Shown: one piece after another, positions 24,701-29,722 of the stretch
Position numbering within the stretch: position 1 is the first letter of the stretch
Layout of the letters: the number at the start of each line of letters is the position of its first letter
IMG/VR virus record: IMGVR_UViG_3300037851_000119
Coordinates: 1-59,637 of that record
Source: a virus
Length of the DNA stretch: 59,637 nt
Reading direction: 5' to 3' (one strand)
Notes under the pieces: model-generated
The model's input: the letters and a program-made list of their open reading frames with translations, nothing else
Databases searched by the model: none
What the model was told of the DNA's origin: nothing
Translations under genes and position numbers: made by a program

Positions 24701-27525
24701 CGTACATCGTAGCCAACAACTATGATGAAGATGCCGTTCGCATCGTGCAGATTGTTGAAGACGCAAAAGCCTTCTGGCGTAAAATGGGGGCACTCGAAGG
24801 AGATCCGTATGGAAACAGTCAAATCGCCTGGGCAGACCATGAGAAATCCGCTCACCGTGGCAAGGGAGGAACGCTGGGCTCAGATGGAGGCGGAAGGCCG
24901 GGAGTTCGAGGCCCAAGTGAAAGCATCCGGGGGGGTCGAGGCGTATCTCAACAAGCGGTTCCCGCAACGCGCCAAGGCGGCCCGTCAGACAAATTCCTAC
25001 AAGCCGTAGGCGGGCGGGCCCTCGCCAAGAGGATTACCTTACCGACCTACAACTACGCGGCTGCCGTACTCGACAGGTTCACCCCTGAGACGGTAAAGGC
25101 CGGGGTAGTTTCAGACTATGGCCTCGATGAGGCCTACACCGACCGGCGAGATGATGTAGAGATCGCCGTCACCAAGCACCTCCGCAGCGCCAAGACCATG
25201 ATCGAGCGGCTGGCCGGCCTGACCAGGGCCGAAAGCCGGGTGGCCTATCAATGGCTGAACGAGAAGCCTGACACGGAACTTGAGCGCCAGCTTTACGCAG
25301 AACTGCCGGAGGCCTCCCGCCGCGTCCTCGATGAGGTCAAGGAGTTTATCGACACCCTCTCCCAGGAGGCGATCGAACTAGGCCAGTTGACCACGGAGGC
25401 CTACGAGCGGAACAAGTACGCCTACCTGCACCGCTCCTATGCCAAGTACACCCTGGACAATGGGAAGACGATGCGGGCCCTCCATGCCCTGCGCCGCCGC
25501 ATCATTGGCGACCAGTACAAGGGACGCGGCCTCAAGTTCTTGGTAGGCATGGACAAGTTGATGGCGGCCGGCAAGCGGGTCAAGCAGGGCGACAAGTTCA
25601 TCCGCCTGGAGAAGAAGGCATCGACCGGCAAGATCACAAAGCGCATCTGGTGGAAGGAGGGCGTCCCGATCCCCGAGGCCTATGCCGCCTTCGAGGTCGA
25701 TCCGAATCCGTGGGAATGGCGATGGACTGACAAGAAGGGCCCTGTCCTATGGCGCGACTTCTCCAAGGAAGAGCGGGAGCAGATGGGGGAACTGGACGAG
25801 GCCCGCTTCGCCATCGTGACGACGATCTCGAAGATGGCCCACGACATCGAGATTGGCAAGTTCTTCGCCTTCGTTGACGAGAACTACGCCGAGGAAAACC
25901 CGCCCCCGGGCGCAGAGGTGATGAAGGCCGTGGACATCGAGCGCGGCAAGATCAACTGGATCGACGCCCTCAAGAAGGGGACATGGGTTCAGGTTCCCGA
26001 CACCAAGATCCAGGGCACAAGCGTCCACAAGTACGGCGCGATCGCCGGCAAGTACGTCCCTGGCCCGATATGGAATGACATTCGCCAGATCGCCAACAAG
26101 CCCGGCGTCTGGGCGTGGTACGACAAGATGATGAAGTATTGGAAGATCTCCAAGACTGCGCTCTCCCCGGCCGTCCACCTCAACAACGTCATGGCCAACT
26201 TCGTCATGGCCGACATGCATGATGTCGGTGTGCGCGAGATCTACGAGGCCGTCACCATCATGGTGAAGGCCAAGAAGGGCAACGCCGATGCCAAGGCTAT
26301 GATCGAGCGGTTCGAGGACTCCGGCGCAATCGCCGGCAGCTTCATCCATGCCGACCTAAAAGACGACCTGATCAATCCGCTCTTGGAGGAACTGCGTGAG
26401 CAGATGAATGGCGACGACGAGATGGCAGGCATGGCCAGTATCGGGACGGTCTTCTCCCTGCTGCATGAGAAGCAATGGAAGCAGGCCACCAATGCCCTGC
26501 TATCCACCAAGGGGGCGGCCCGCGGCAAGAAGGTGGTCGATCTGATGATGAAGGCCTACTCAGGCGAGGATGAGATCTTCCGTCTGGCCGCCTTCCTCAA
26601 GGGAACCAAGGACGGGATGACAGACCGCGAGGCCGGCAAGATGGCCCGCAAGTCGTTCCTAGACTACCGGATCAATGCGCCCTGGATCCAGAACCTACGG
26701 CACACCGTCCTGCCGTTCGTGGCCTTCTCCTACCGGATGCTGCCGATGTATCTCGAGATGTTCGCCAAGAAGCCTTGGAAGCTGGCTAAGTACGCGATCT
26801 TCTCGAACGCCATGGTGGCGATCGGCATGTCCCTGGCCGGCGTTGACGAAGACGACATGGACGAGATCGAGAAGTTGCTGCCGGAAGACAAGCAGGGCAT
26901 CACCCCGTTCCTGACGAATCGCCTTATCCCGCTCGGAAGGGGTGAGGATGATCGGATGATCATGCTCGACATCACCCGCTGGATTCCTCTTGGCGACATC
27001 TTCGAGATGCGCGGCGACACCAGCAACACCATGCCGTTCCTGGCCCCGGCCTATCCGTCCGGCCCGATGATGACGTTGCTCGAGGTGTTCGCCAACAAGA
27101 GCCTGTTCAGCGGCCGGGACATCTGGATGGAAACTGACGCCACGGCAGAGGCCGCCTCCAAGTCGTTCGCGCACATCTGGAAGGGCTGGATGCCTAACTT
27201 CCCGATGCTGCCCGGCACATACTCCACCGACAAGATCATGGCCGCCTACACCGGGGCCACCGATACCTTCGGCCGCGAATACGATCTGGGTCAGGCCTTG
27301 CTGTCGTCTGTCGGCGTGAAGGCCGGGTACTACTCGACAGACACCCTGCGGATGAACGCCTACTACGACTACGACTCCTCGATGGATGAACTGGTGTCCA
27401 GCTACTACTCGCTGGCCCGCCAGTACAACCAGAACAAGATCACCGAGGCCGAGTACGACGAGAGGGCTGCCAAGATCCAGGCGAAGATCGAGGAACTGAC
27501 GCGGAAGTACGAGGAGAAGAACTAG
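12730..27525 (+). CDS. Giant multidomain (polyvalent-type) virion protein of about 4930 aa, with methyltransferase and SNF2/strawberry-notch-like helicase segments
   Basis: Uninterrupted ORF; the track start at 12718 is TTG and the first ATG is 12730. Motifs: VLEPTAGNG and NPPF (19120-19131); GDQTGVGKGR (20491-20520); DESH (21001-21012); QMLGRVHRTGQ (22183-22215). Confidence 0.85.
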   Translation: MPKKWEEVRRSDAFKRLSSEEQEEARNQYFRDVVAPQVATEDLEAVRNKFDEDTAPSLSRAVKDYAGDAWDAINKRIRQEQPERDRARLGILEDEARAPDNSISDLTNLRTDINNVRARLGMKPAEQEQRGASGSWGDPVPSAPAPLAGVTKAPSVAMNDPLKTEGLEVLGSIVGQGVTRPPVPTNTLDRLNNTTEQQKRIKAAGDAAARKMVPGMVSPGKERDYLKLNKDSKGLSAIKQAEDAERKRIAKEIESYGQNFDENVAKGQYKPMDDRTTGETTMDMMKATAEGFAATGKMIGDVYGLSTGDMDNWLSKAGDEAVDYWRKSMSDYQQAMDASNQAQLAQVEKDQGMWAGFKQGVQQAIDDPLIAVARQLPNFIVGGVAGGAVKAAAAKALQTATAATLAEIGAGGNVLAMAAMQGADVGSDAYQKIIGQPQDQWDMNWDYQELVQSGEKPEVAKQIVALAHARVAAAKAGAVSVASNYMIPGGMTIEKILAGAMGKGGFTGVIGGLVKGYVGEAGQEAVEEGAGRKLVNEAVQNIDENQGAYEGVGGAAGVGAGTAGIIGGAAGTAGGVRDWIAKRGVTVEEQGQPVPPQDTAFDAGALFGADPAEAADKADQAAQAIAAAAQAGEVAPDADAQAIQAIEAAKADPKPDKIEVAAQAIAAASEQQPAPAGPEVSLPPAAQGITTQQPAAAPQVQAPPPPPAGPMVRAAEIAAQQGVTGAAPGIDQAVDGSLLLGEEEQEDVGTDNTPAGVVEPAVPGGTDNVPGGAGPADVGAGGVLLGGGDTGAAAAPVAGDGQVLPVPDAGQPDEALDQKSPVATEQDEENIKEAIDLLLSVDLPIMKDRAAELKKNLDQWKAGKRSKWASEFDTAGVLADIKEYVSTFKKAPPGPAWDPQAQEHEVQPPMPGQVVTWDTEDGPARGRVSDDQKQALGSGTVVEIIDHPDKEGNPKHKRVIVPTESLTPDEEAAKARDDLDAALGELGGILGTEADRVETPKAETEAPKAETEAPKEEMPRIATDDRAPDYTPETHAQVIEKHPESGAIGPQEGFEPDNADRMEGASVDEINDRIQEVEQELEEDARAYDEIREQGTKALTEYELGMREPDEAVDFALTHRENYITQAKSMLDYLRGLKAQMEGNDTPATRMDSWQYVPADPAVIEKVAEKLDLEIPKAEQAGRPVTITHGNTSIIFENNGKGYEPTRAVLFDGTPLIRGEMATRSHVIDAIKAYADINVAIADDWLKHLQRYEGYAKKAGALKKFNEGVAYLTDISKGKEIPNLNRINQIANSMRGLPGMSDAVDAMKAAAGVFGNAKAKAKAEPQPTAQIYEDASRNRVIRLIKESGGITMDEASDIIGETGRRAAQRMPGLFRNNGNGIDRIAEMFHEYGYLTDAEFNDVDGGVQRVREILRSALDKTGFVGTMAEQERHAQLQAMEQEIGDKHGEAIADEAMVLTDAIEEEYDNIPFTPAEIEAAGGNANPFGDDNGQTGNRPAVQEAAQGRANQGVANGTDQAQPQEGFGLEGYDKQDIAEKDARANDQAAADRAMADRERDAFNLTGQTAQRETPPTAEMFTPDGRATDAAAKARALEDLNDALADLGDIFGKNTRLYMITPEQEQKLLPVLTRVMDAAFRAGYYTFKEAAKFVLDQIRAKLGNNVADMISLDHLQGAYIGMAGKYGDKASSKKDVVSVENIADLDKADQPAAVPSKATETVPPQVTEIPARVKGAPLYMEPLGEKAVLILGDTMANKDRIKAAGAIWNRAHKGWMFPKANLAKMLDKLGDLFKPDEKTLAVEKAMEVMRHFMPNSQYRTIEWGMKGEEGEFFKDKMIEMAKVIEDMPKTYQQDGKGEGAVAHLHYFRGSTDFWITEKDKDGPGTEQAYGLASLYNDPNDGDMGYISIDEITASNVELDLYWTPKTIAEIKGKAAPAKTETKPEPTPAPAQEDTDTVKVAKEFAKRFQAGERFDSIVDARKVAGEILGKAVTPGTAIAKQVDEAIELGVVMEARRIAQAGNDAKATYDALVDLYDRQPNLSMKSSTSVANQAYSTPAPLAYLASRLAGIDKGTTVLEPTAGNGMLLIEAAPAKTVANELNDDRAENLRAIGFNPTTKNAATEKMAAEVPVQAVIMNPPFGTTKDAAGTTIEYTVPHIKSADGTYKTNEVDHAIAMKNLKHMRENGRAVLILGGVKAENEAARSDAYNSGAKRKFYWGLYGEYNVVDHFTVNGDLYSKQGAAWPVDVVVIEGRGKSARALPAVDVPRIYNSWEDLKGVLDEQTSRRDRNQAGATPAQGEKPASDNGVSGKPAGGIGDRPVSGNQDGEPGQVRVGSEQHPVGKPGGVGQSGQSGRVRDGGGSAGGNPAVEAFEDSGRDSVVLNEGTQFAKTVQVGEAWWVRFHTTGTKGKRINKDGKYVYTTVPDNGEYQEPGIKVLAIGKGNNPNFLVSEGGVGKENVPTVVPASDMMKMSSTKEEQAEHEKIVAENAAARAAEEDANRKPAERKTEKASEGQVNYDPVSKQGNIGTLVPANMREAVKSALENLQDRVGDLDAFVAEHLDYKKEDLGSYFSAEQVDALALALDNLDNGKGFIIGDQTGVGKGRVNAAIMKWAIKNGKTPIFVTEKPNLYRDMLRDMADIGMAGKSLEQAEDGEKMRGVSKLVLMTNADQDIPIDAEAMEWFEEMEQAKEEGLPPPPKPKEGFMQKVSGPKQKERLDRMAQNGRLEDGAKVVFTTYSQIQTVKGNTTVRNKFLDTFAKGGILILDESHNAGGSSNDRGAKNDLNRAVLVRQLAGAADGVFYSSATYAKNPAVMDLYFRTDMSMAVSNMSELKGIIENGGVPMQQILANMLTEAGQYMRRERSFEGVEYNTPTVEVAKEIANQVSDGMRQIMEFSDLVKAVTNDIDDDIKGDAGSASEDGSTGGAGAESTSFASVMHNLIGQYLLALKVEPTIKMAIESLKAGEKPVITVANTMESLINELAKDRGVGIGDPVDLGFGDLFVRYLEKTRAITIKDGFGNKQKHYLTDEELGPGGVAMYEAIKQFSLGSDWGNTPISPIDRIKAELERAGYKTGEITGRQGTLDYAGKDPIYRMRGNKERSVAGRIKTIEAFNNGDIDVVILNRAGSTGLSLHASPKTGKDLRRRHMIIAQAEANIDTHMQMLGRVHRTGQVIAPRYSQLVANVPAENRPAAVLAKKMASLNANTSAARSSVVTAKDTLDYMNEYGDEVIANLMYADQELHFKLGAPLKYDDSGNGFEPKDAARKVTGRIPLLPLSDQEALYEQIGIDYKDFLAMKEAMGENKLEAKVFELEAIPTDEIELTARVGDSTSPFAAPSKAIIYDIKRIGKPMTEEERTNAILKSLGNKDSWGWAADNLKAIKSEYEAFEADELATIEGQRTMEATKMRLRYQYNKVVNAIEEFGPSAPFELIDAKGMVFYGEVLGLERKGKAKNPAATGTWKIRLALADSARSITIPLSKITFEDKKEAGKSRLKLSDKRTVDDAFARMQGVSRENRVILEGNLVAAFSTFPGGQIIYFNGNDGHLRQGILMPRNFNLKKAVAKKAEVLRTPDEAVSFLKKDQMKHMLIDDAASGQIGYVRDPRYRTWGWQISVPSSKKSGAKWFLNQDILTALGVDFFKSGSRMVASFDESQLPAVVAAVYKQERLKGVNRSAQESSRPNAVSADMTAKDVRRALDDHFGRGIIQSMINGGILQIVDRIDQLPEHLAKMYKGRTDVDGLYDPYAERGWIIAENSTPDTVAKTLIHEIGEHYGLERMLGPDEYTRILNTVRSMHVAGNPVVKAAWKEVKDYYTREEGSREFLREVLAKVAERAADKPIGVLERIYRAVKKWLADNGWTQLNDRDLQALVMASLRKSTSDVRTLVIRGGEVVASSRSIRDRLAWDQQNEDKNGPVFEAPDFKIISTRELSTTDDFQRDGLAFGHAAHVRAGNKAYRMEILTNDGRRIGGMDAEVNAFGEISAIHDIEFNRYERGKGWGKKVVSYIVANNYDEDAVRIVQIVEDAKAFWRKMGALEGDPYGNSQIAWADHEKSAHRGKGGTLGSDGGGRPGVRGPSESIRGGRGVSQQAVPATRQGGPSDKFLQAVGGRALAKRITLPTYNYAAAVLDRFTPETVKAGVVSDYGLDEAYTDRRDDVEIAVTKHLRSAKTMIERLAGLTRAESRVAYQWLNEKPDTELERQLYAELPEASRRVLDEVKEFIDTLSQEAIELGQLTTEAYERNKYAYLHRSYAKYTLDNGKTMRALHALRRRIIGDQYKGRGLKFLVGMDKLMAAGKRVKQGDKFIRLEKKASTGKITKRIWWKEGVPIPEAYAAFEVDPNPWEWRWTDKKGPVLWRDFSKEEREQMGELDEARFAIVTTISKMAHDIEIGKFFAFVDENYAEENPPPGAEVMKAVDIERGKINWIDALKKGTWVQVPDTKIQGTSVHKYGAIAGKYVPGPIWNDIRQIANKPGVWAWYDKMMKYWKISKTALSPAVHLNNVMANFVMADMHDVGVREIYEAVTIMVKAKKGNADAKAMIERFEDSGAIAGSFIHADLKDDLINPLLEELREQMNGDDEMAGMASIGTVFSLLHEKQWKQATNALLSTKGAARGKKVVDLMMKAYSGEDEIFRLAAFLKGTKDGMTDREAGKMARKSFLDYRINAPWIQNLRHTVLPFVAFSYRMLPMYLEMFAKKPWKLAKYAIFSNAMVAIGMSLAGVDEDDMDEIEKLLPEDKQGITPFLTNRLIPLGRGEDDRMIMLDITRWIPLGDIFEMRGDTSNTMPFLAPAYPSGPMMTLLEVFANKSLFSGRDIWMETDATAEAASKSFAHIWKGWMPNFPMLPGTYSTDKIMAAYTGATDTFGREYDLGQALLSSVGVKAGYYSTDTLRMNAYYDYDSSMDELVSSYYSLARQYNQNKITEAEYDERAAKIQAKIEELTRKYEEKN
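14969..15178 (+). CDS. Nested +1-frame ORF A (69 aa) inside the giant gene
   Basis: AGGAGG (14954-14959) lies 9 nt before the ATG. By hand count, GC3 is 63/69 here versus 32/70 for the giant frame over the same bases. Peptide: MSAQTIRLPEWLSLPYRAGLITSQEALGLLMWEQEAYF... Confidence 0.5.
   Translation: MSAQTIRLPEWLSLPYRAGLITSQEALGLLMWEQEAYFSEAEILEPPPHLSQAMDKCCLFRMPVSPTRH
17195..17329 (+). CDS. Nested +1-frame ORF B (44 aa) inside the giant gene
   Basis: GGAG (17185-17188) lies 6 nt before the ATG. GC3 is 35/44 versus 17/45 for the giant frame. Peptide: MDKQEIAQRFKKLPKDVQTKVLQMARIKRSLKK... Confidence 0.4.
   Translation: MDKQEIAQRFKKLPKDVQTKVLQMARIKRSLKKGSGSKATTSKT
18280..18470 (+). other. DUF2958-like segment of the giant protein
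   Basis: HLHYFRGSTDFWITEKD...YGLASL...GYISIDEI matches the DUF2958 pattern as I remember it. Confidence 0.45.
18790..19540 (+). other. N6-adenine DNA methyltransferase segment of the giant protein
   Basis: SAM-binding motif VLEPTAGNGML (18937-18969) and catalytic NPPF (19120-19131). Confidence 0.75.
19550..19816 (+). CDS. Nested +1-frame ORF C (88 aa) inside the giant gene
   Basis: AAGGGGT (19538-19544) lies 5 nt before the ATG. An in-frame TGA sits 4 codons upstream. GC3 is 69/88 versus about 33/89 for the giant frame. The peptide looks helical and acidic. Confidence 0.5.
   Translation: MSKLADEIGIKLERLLLKEKNPHPTMEYLESLLEESGIDPYLEIRTESPAKFASDLSSILSENRGAWVNPGNLDEFETAEDLLAAILP
20260..22420 (+). 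other. Strawberry-notch / SNF2-type helicase segment of the giant protein
   Basis: GDQTGVGKGR P-loop, DESH box, and motif VI QMLGRVHRTGQ. Confidence 0.7.
24553..24792 (+). other. GNAT-like segment of the giant protein
   Basis: EISAIHDIEFNRYERGKGWGKKVVSYIV...AKAFWRKMGA resembles the acetyl-CoA-binding core of GNATs. DNA here is locally AT-richer. Confidence 0.4.
24809..25009 (+). CDS. Nested +1-frame ORF D (66 aa) inside the giant gene
   Basis: AAGGAG (24797-24802) lies 6 nt before the ATG. GC3 is 48/66 versus 32/67 for the giant frame. Peptide: METVKSPGQTMRNPLTVAREERWAQMEAEGREFEAQVK... Confidence 0.45.
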   Translation: METVKSPGQTMRNPLTVAREERWAQMEAEGREFEAQVKASGGVEAYLNKRFPQRAKAARQTNSYKP

Positions 27526-27704
27526 AAGATCATTCCGGAGACGGCTGCCCATCCGAAGAATCCGATGCAGCCGGCTACGGTGATCTTCTCCTCTTCACTC
27601 CAGTCAAGGTGTGAGCCTATGAGGTGGCCAACCATCACATAGGCCATGATGGATGTCGGCAGGAAGAGAAGGGCCGTGCCCCAGATGAATTGCAGGATCT
27701 CCAT
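27522..27704 (-). CDS. Small membrane protein next to attP (moron-like position)
   Basis: MEILQFIWGTALLFLPTSIMAYVMVGHLIG...GFFGWAAVSGMIF has two hydrophobic segments. It is convergent with the giant gene, with overlapping stops. Start is uncertain (ATG 27704 or TTG 27803) and no clear SD is present. Confidence 0.4.
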   Translation of the reverse strand: MEILQFIWGTALLFLPTSIMAYVMVGHLIGSHLDWSEEEKITVAGCIGFFGWAAVSGMIF

Positions 27705-27757
27705 GCCGATAGCATAGCCCGGCCGGCCAGCATTTATAGGCCCATAAAAATGATGGA

Positions 27758-27986
27758 TAGCAGAAGAAGTAGCAGAAACGGCCGGCGAAGCCTGTAACCA
27801 CAATGGTTGCTTGTCCCTTCACACGGGAGAGGTCGCAGGTTCGATCCCTGTGCCGCCCACCACCAACACATTGATTTTGCTCATCTATCGGTTATCCGAT
27901 GGTTGGGCAGGATCTACCGATTCTGCTTAATACTTAGGCTAAATGCAGCAGAAAGCGTGGCAGTTCAGCAGAAAGATAGCAGAAAG
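27758..27986. repeat. Arm-type repeats (T)AGCAGAA(A/G) flanking the attP core
   Basis: Direct copies at 27758-27766, 27770-27778, 27947-27955, 27967-27975 and 27978-27986. One inverted copy (TTCTGCT) at 27921-27927. Confidence 0.65.
27813..27862 (+). other. attP core: 3' portion of a tRNA-Val(CAC)-like gene (anticodon arm to CCA), not a complete tRNA
   Basis: Anticodon loop TTCACAC, variable AGGTC, T arm GCAGG-TTCGATC-CCTGT, acceptor GCCGCCC, discriminator A, CCA. No complementary 5' acceptor strand upstream. Confidence 0.75.
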
Positions 27987-27988
27987 GA

Positions 27989-29047
27989 TCAGGCCACTTT
28001 CTCTTGGCCCTGGTCGTAGGGAGTAGCGTTGCCGGCGAAGCGGGCGACATGCCCTGGCGCGAGGTGGGCGTACTTCTGCACCATGTCCAGGCTGGCCCAT
28101 CCACCCAGCTTTTGCAGCACCTCAAGCGGCGTTCCGTTCATCACATGCCATGACGCCCAGGTATGGCGAAGGCAATGGAAGACGAACCCGGATCTCTTGG
28201 TGATGCTGGATTTCCCATATCGGTCTTTCCGCCTGACCTCCTTTATATAGAGGCCTGCCCTGACGCAGGCCCGATCGAAGGCCTCGCCGATCTCGCTCAT
28301 GGGCCCGCACTTTGACAGGTCGGCGTCCTTGCGCTTGTTGGAGTACGGGAACACCCATGTCTTGTTCTTGCCGGCCTGGGACTGGAGGACGGCCAGGGCC
28401 TCGTCGTTGATCGGGATCGAGATCGGCTTGCCTGCCTTTGCCTCGTCAGGGTGAACCCAGAGGACGCGGCGCTTCATGTCCACCTCGCGCCATGCCAGAC
28501 TGAGGATGTTGTGCTGCCGCATGCCGGTCGTGATCGCCAGCTTGCAGATCGGCTTGAGGTGATCAGGCAGTTCCTTGTAGAGGGCCTGCCACTCTGAGGC
28601 CGTGAGCCAGAGGATGCGCCCCTCCGGTTCCTTCTTCGACTTGACCTTGGGGGCCCTGTCCAGCCAGCCAAGACTGGCGGCATGGTTCAGGATGGCCATG
28701 ATCAGGTTCTTCTTGCGGTTCCATGTGCCGGGCTTTTCGCCGGCCAGGGCCTCGCTGATGATGTCAGGGGTGATCTTGGAGAGCGGAAGATCCTCGATCT
28801 TGAGGTTCCGTAGCATGTAGCGATCCGAGTCGCCGCGATCCCCTGCCTCTAGCCATGAGACGCAGGCCTCCAGCCAGGACTTCTCTACTCCTGGCTGCGC
28901 CCGCCAGAGATCGCTCTTAAGGTGGTCGTGCTGCTCTTGGGCTTCGCGCTTATCGGCAGTCCGAGTGCTGTGGCGAATCTGTCTGCCATCTGGGGCCGTG
29001 ATGCGGATCCACCAGTACGGGCTCTTGGGGTCACGGTAGAGCGACAT
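27989..29047 (-). CDS. int: Tyrosine integrase
   Basis: 352 aa. C-terminal HCLRHTWASWHVMNGTPLEVLQKLGGWASLDMVQKYAHL is the typical catalytic region. Adjacent to the tRNA fragment. Confidence 0.9.
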   Translation of the reverse strand: MSLYRDPKSPYWWIRITAPDGRQIRHSTRTADKREAQEQHDHLKSDLWRAQPGVEKSWLEACVSWLEAGDRGDSDRYMLRNLKIEDLPLSKITPDIISEALAGEKPGTWNRKKNLIMAILNHAASLGWLDRAPKVKSKKEPEGRILWLTASEWQALYKELPDHLKPICKLAITTGMRQHNILSLAWREVDMKRRVLWVHPDEAKAGKPISIPINDEALAVLQSQAGKNKTWVFPYSNKRKDADLSKCGPMSEIGEAFDRACVRAGLYIKEVRRKDRYGKSSITKRSGFVFHCLRHTWASWHVMNGTPLEVLQKLGGWASLDMVQKYAHLAPGHVARFAGNATPYDQGQEKVA

Positions 29048-29253
29048 GGAACTGACTCGCTTATCTTAGAATCCGCGTATTGTCCTCGCGCCCATTCGAG
29101 CAAGTCAACGTCGAAGAAGCGCCACTCCTTGCCGACCTTGAAGCCCGGCACAACCCCGTCTTTAGCCAGGGCCCGCAGGGAGTTCGGGTGCATACCCAGG
29201 AACTCCCCGGCCTCTTCGAGGTTCATTGATGTGGCCGCGCCGGTTACGATCAT
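28885..29253 (-). CDS. xis: Excisionase / AlpA-type DNA-binding protein
   Basis: MNLEEAGEFLGMHPNSLRALAKDGVVPGFKVGKEWRFFDVDLLEWAR. The frame has no stop until 28885, so it overlaps int by 163 nt. Start is 29253 or 29226. Confidence 0.7.
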   Translation of the reverse strand: MIVTGAATSMNLEEAGEFLGMHPNSLRALAKDGVVPGFKVGKEWRFFDVDLLEWARGQYADSKISESVPCRSTVTPRARTGGSASRPQMADRFATALGLPISAKPKSSTTTLRAISGGRSQE

Positions 29254-29507
29254 TTCTTAGTAAAGATGAAGTGTTGCGGTACGCGCCGGCCCTTGCTGAT
29301 CAGGCCATGCTCTCGTATGCGCTTGATCAACTGGACGGCCTTCGGATGGTCGATGCCCGTCACGCGCTGCACATCCCAGACGGTGAACTCGTCTGGCAAC
29401 TGGTTGATGATGCCGATGTACTTGGCGTGAGCCTGGGCCATGCGCTTCGTTACCGCCACGGCCGATGCCTTCTTGGCGATGTCGTGGAGATCCTGCACCC
29501 ATCTCAT
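29250..29507 (-). CDS. Hypothetical protein, winged-helix-like C-terminus
   Basis: ATG 29507 has GGAGGAGA upstream and an ATGA overlap with the upstream gene. Confidence 0.55.
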   Translation of the reverse strand: MRWVQDLHDIAKKASAVAVTKRMAQAHAKYIGIINQLPDEFTVWDVQRVTGIDHPKAVQLIKRIREHGLISKGRRVPQHFIFTKK

Positions 29508-29722
29508 ATCCGAGTCTCCTCCTCCGGGGCGGAGTCGATCCAAGTGATATGCCGATCAACAGGGATCTTGGCGTCCTCGAGTCCCTTCTTGTAGGCCAAC
29601 TCGACAACGTGCATGAGGGCCCCGTCGAGGGACTTGCTCTTGTGGTAATTTTCGGCAAGGAACTTCACAAACTCCCGCCTGATGTGTGCAATATCAATCA
29701 TTTTCTCAGAAGATTGGTTCAT
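29504..29722 (-). CDS. Hypothetical protein
   Basis: 72-aa ORF. An alternative ATG lies at 29701. Confidence 0.5.
   Translation of the reverse strand: MNQSSEKMIDIAHIRREFVKFLAENYHKSKSLDGALMHVVELAYKKGLEDAKIPVDRHITWIDSAPEEETRI

Noticed and set aside
27781-27862. A complete tRNA gene.
   Set aside because: The 3' acceptor strand GCCGCCC has no complementary GGGCGGC upstream, and no D arm can be drawn. Only the 3' two-thirds is tRNA-like, so I call it an attP core fragment.
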